From the NCBI RefSeq assembly GCF_028641065.1, contig NC_073382.1, forward strand, positions 32,426,001-32,490,000: 64,000 nucleotides of DNA, written 5' to 3'. The DNA comes from Leucoraja erinacea (Eukaryota). The notes beneath the pieces were generated by a model, which made no database searches, was not told where the DNA came from, and saw only the letters and a list, made by a program, of their open reading frames with translations. This document shows positions 61,128-64,000 of this stretch, in pieces. Numbering within the stretch: the first letter of the stretch is position 1; the number at the start of each line of letters is the position of its first letter. The position numbers were made by a program, and so were the translations under genes.

Positions 61128-62678
61128 GGTGATAGGCCGTTGAGTGGTGGAGCTGAGCCCCCAACAGGCGAGCCATTGCTGAGCCCCCCCCCCCCCCCCC
61201 CCCCCCCGCTTCGGGTTGATCAAGTTGAACTGAGGACTCAGGATAGCCAGGGTACTGTGCCAAAATTGTGCGTAGATATTGTCCACCGGGTTGTGAACTG
61301 GCACAGCAGACACAGCAGGGTGCAAGGAGATTGCCTCGAGCGTCGAAGCTTGGGCAAGGTGCTGTCCCCTCACGTCCACCAGCAGAGATTGCGCCCAGAG
61401 AAAATCAGCACCCAACGGCTGGGTCACGTTTGCCACTCTAAATGGCCAAAAGAAAGGTCAGGCGCCAAATATCACAGATATGGTGCGGACCCCATATGTC
61501 CGTATGGGGCTGCTATTCGTAGTAGTCAACAAGGGCCCCCACTTACCGGCATGCATGGCCATCCCAGACGGGGGCACCACTCTGACGTCAGCCCCCGTGT
61601 CGACTAAAAATCTTTGGCCCGAACGCCGGTCCCAGGTGTAAAGGTGATGAACATTGCCGACTGCTGCGGTGATTACCAGTGGCCAGCCCCTCCATTTCCC
61701 GGAATTGCACAGGGCATGCGGCATTGGTGGGCCACCGAACCCCAACGCTGGTGGTAAATGCACCACTCGCCTTTAAGGACTTCCCCTTTAAGGGCTACGC
61801 AGAGCCCTAGTGGGCGTGGCTAAAGGCTGTTGCTCCTTCCTGGCCATTATGAACACCCGATCCAGCACGCCCACTTCCTGCCATCTGGACATCAACAGCC
61901 TGTCGGCACACTCCACAAGAGCCCAGGGGGTTTCAAAGCTTACCCTTGTGAGGAGCGGGCGGATGTCGTCTGGAAGCTGTTGCAGACTGCCCACATGCAA
62001 TGGTGGAGGCTTTCCATGAGCGAGAGCATCTCGCTCATTAGGGCTGATAGTTTACGGTCGCAGAGCCCACCCATGTTGTAAATGTGGGCCGCTTACTCCA
62101 TCCTACTGAGGCCAAAGGTATGGAGCAGCAGCGCCTTCAGGCCACCATATTTATTGGCCGCCGGTGGATCCTGCAGGAAGGGGATTATTCACCCAGCCGT
62201 TTCCTGGTCGAGCCTGCCCACCATGTAATGATAGTGGGTCTCATCGTTTGTTACCCCACGAATGAATAATTGTGATTTGGCCTGATGGAACCATACCTGT
62301 GGCTGGGCAGTCCAGAAGGTCGGCAGCTTCAGGGCAACAGCGCTGAGTTGGGCCTGGTCATCGGCGGCAGCGATGGGTTGGACGCTGGCAGGGCGCATTT
62401 CTTTTCCAGAATATGTATTCTGGTCGGCGGGGTCAACAAATGTACCGGACTTGGAGTTGTCTGTTAAAGAACGAGGCAGACATGAAGTTTGCCCAAAATT
62501 CTTGTTCTTTATTGTTGCACTAATTCTCCTCACACATCAATCCCTTGCACATGTGATTAACCCTTAAATACTCCTCAGGGGCACTCATGACCACACCGTG
62601 ATGCCTACCTCTCGTCACCGGAACATGTGACACCCCCCTGAGAGCTGAAGGTTATGTATCGTGTGTGGCCCACCACCA
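61128..62678 (-). mobile_element. Gypsy LTR retrotransposon 5' part (LTR, gag, protease)
   Basis: gag AVALKLPTFWTAQPQVWF...YHYMV, protease FLVDTGADVRVVP and PLGADFL. LTR 62462-62678 with TG...CA ends and minus-strand AATAAA. Confidence 0.9.
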
Positions 62679-62709
62679 GAGTGTCATAGTAACTACTACA
62701 TACTCACTC

Positions 62710-62933
62710 CCATAGTAACTTCTACATACTCACCTCCCCTCCCCCACTTCACTCACCCCCTTCGTCCATCTGTCATTTTACCATTTCCACAGTTCACCAC
62801 GTTGTTTTCCTCTTGAGAGGAACCTACCCCGGCCAACAATTGACTCATCAGGCACTGCCCGGCCTGAGGTCATTTGAGACTGGCCCTGATTGGTCCCGGT
62901 CTATTCTCACCTCCAGATCTTCATTTCCCGACC

Positions 62934-62970
<37 letters not shown>

Positions 62971-63295
62971 ACTGACTCTTTTAGTCTAAAGGATGGTCCC
63001 AAACCCAAAAGATCACCCATCCTTTTTTCTCCAGGGAGGCTGAGTTCAGCACTTTGTGTCTATCCTTGGTATAAATGAGCATCTGCAGCTCTTTGTTTCC
63101 CCCTTCCATTGACTCCATCAATACTACATGCTGCCTCGGCAAACCCACCAGCATAATCAAGGACGAGTCTTGTCCCAGACATTCCCTCTTCTCCTGTCTC
63201 TCATCAGACAAGAGATACAGAAGTGTAAAAACGCACACAGCCAGACTCAGGTTTCTTCCCAGCTGTTACCAGGCAACTAAACTATCCTGTCACCA
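62710..63295 (+). mobile_element. Penelope 3' UTR followed by a Rex1 3' fragment
   Basis: Degenerate agtctaaaggatggtccc...cccaaaa motif, then PSIDSINTTCCLGKPTSIIKDESCPRHSLFS (Rex1 C-terminus). Confidence 0.75.
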
Positions 63296-63311
63296 ACCTG
63301 AGCTACCACAA

Positions 63312-63925
63312 TCATAATCATAATAATCATAATCATACTTTATTAGCCATGTATGTTTTGCAACATACGAGGAATTTGATTTGCCATACAGTCATACCAA
63401 TAAACTGAGCACACAAAATATATTTTAACATAAACATCCACCACAGTTACTCCTCCACATTCCTCACTGTGATGGAAGGCGAAAAAAAGTTCAATCTCTT
63501 TGCTTCATTCTTCACCGGCGGTCGGGGGCCTCGAGCCTGTTAACGGGATGATCTTGACTCACGTAGCCGGTCGCAGGCCCTCCGCTTCGGGGCGATCAAG
63601 CTCCTGTATCACGGGGATCTCAGCTCCCGCTGCCAGGCGATTGGACCCCAGGTCGGGGCTGGTCGACACCTTCTGCAACTTTGGGGCTCCCGACTCAAGA
63701 CTGCGAGCTATGCGATGTTAATGTCCGCAGGCCAAGGTTGGAGCATCAATCCTAGGCAAGAGGTTGCGGGCTCCGATGGGAAGTCCACACCCCATGGTGG
63801 AGCTCAAAGTCAGTCCCGAGCAAGGAATCCAGCTCCACGATGTTAGGCCGCAGAGCGGACGGTGATACGATCCGGCAAGTTAAGAGATTTTTAAAAAGTT
63901 TCTCCCGACCCCCCTCCACATAAAA
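63312..63925 (-). mobile_element. GC-rich non-autonomous retroposon (copy D)
   Basis: Shares aacataaacatcc...tgtgatggaaggc with copy C. Tail hairpin gtatgtt/aacatac and a (tgatta)n tail. Confidence 0.75.
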
Positions 63926-64000
63926 TAGTTACCAGTGAATGTATCCCTGTGGGACTGGTCTATAGAAAGGAACTATCAAAGTTGTCTCCCCACTTTTCTT

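Noticed and set aside
63428-63490. Possible HDV-like ribozyme (variable stem followed by GGCGAA)
   Set aside because: No P1/P3/L3 pseudoknot elements upstream, and it lies on the element's antisense strand.

Overview
Non-coding, repeat-dense vertebrate DNA, most likely from a cartilaginous fish (skate or ray). That call is inferred from HE1-type V-SINEs, several CR1 families with microsatellite tails, and Penelope and Rex1 elements. I could not support any host exon, RNA gene or CRISPR array. Nearly all long ORFs are transposon remnants or by-products of C/T-rich low-complexity sequence. The window is a nested collection of CR1, L2, L1, Tx1-like and Rex1/Babar LINEs, a tandem Penelope pair, an internally deleted DIRS1 element with intact ITR/ICR, two Gypsy elements, a Tc1, five PIF/Harbinger-type MITEs, two Helitron-like elements and a hAT-type end. 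The most interesting observations are: (i) a set of GC-rich non-autonomous retroposons that share a variable-loop stem-loop and Rex1-type tails; (ii) two divergent Tx1 3' ends inserted at the same nick with a 64-bp identical duplication; (iii) a scrambled ~2.5-kb segment (58.66-61.13 kb) where a Gypsy pol should lie, probably a sequence or assembly artefact; (iv) a 70-bp-arm hairpin near the start. Boundaries were read by eye and are approximate unless a TSD is given.
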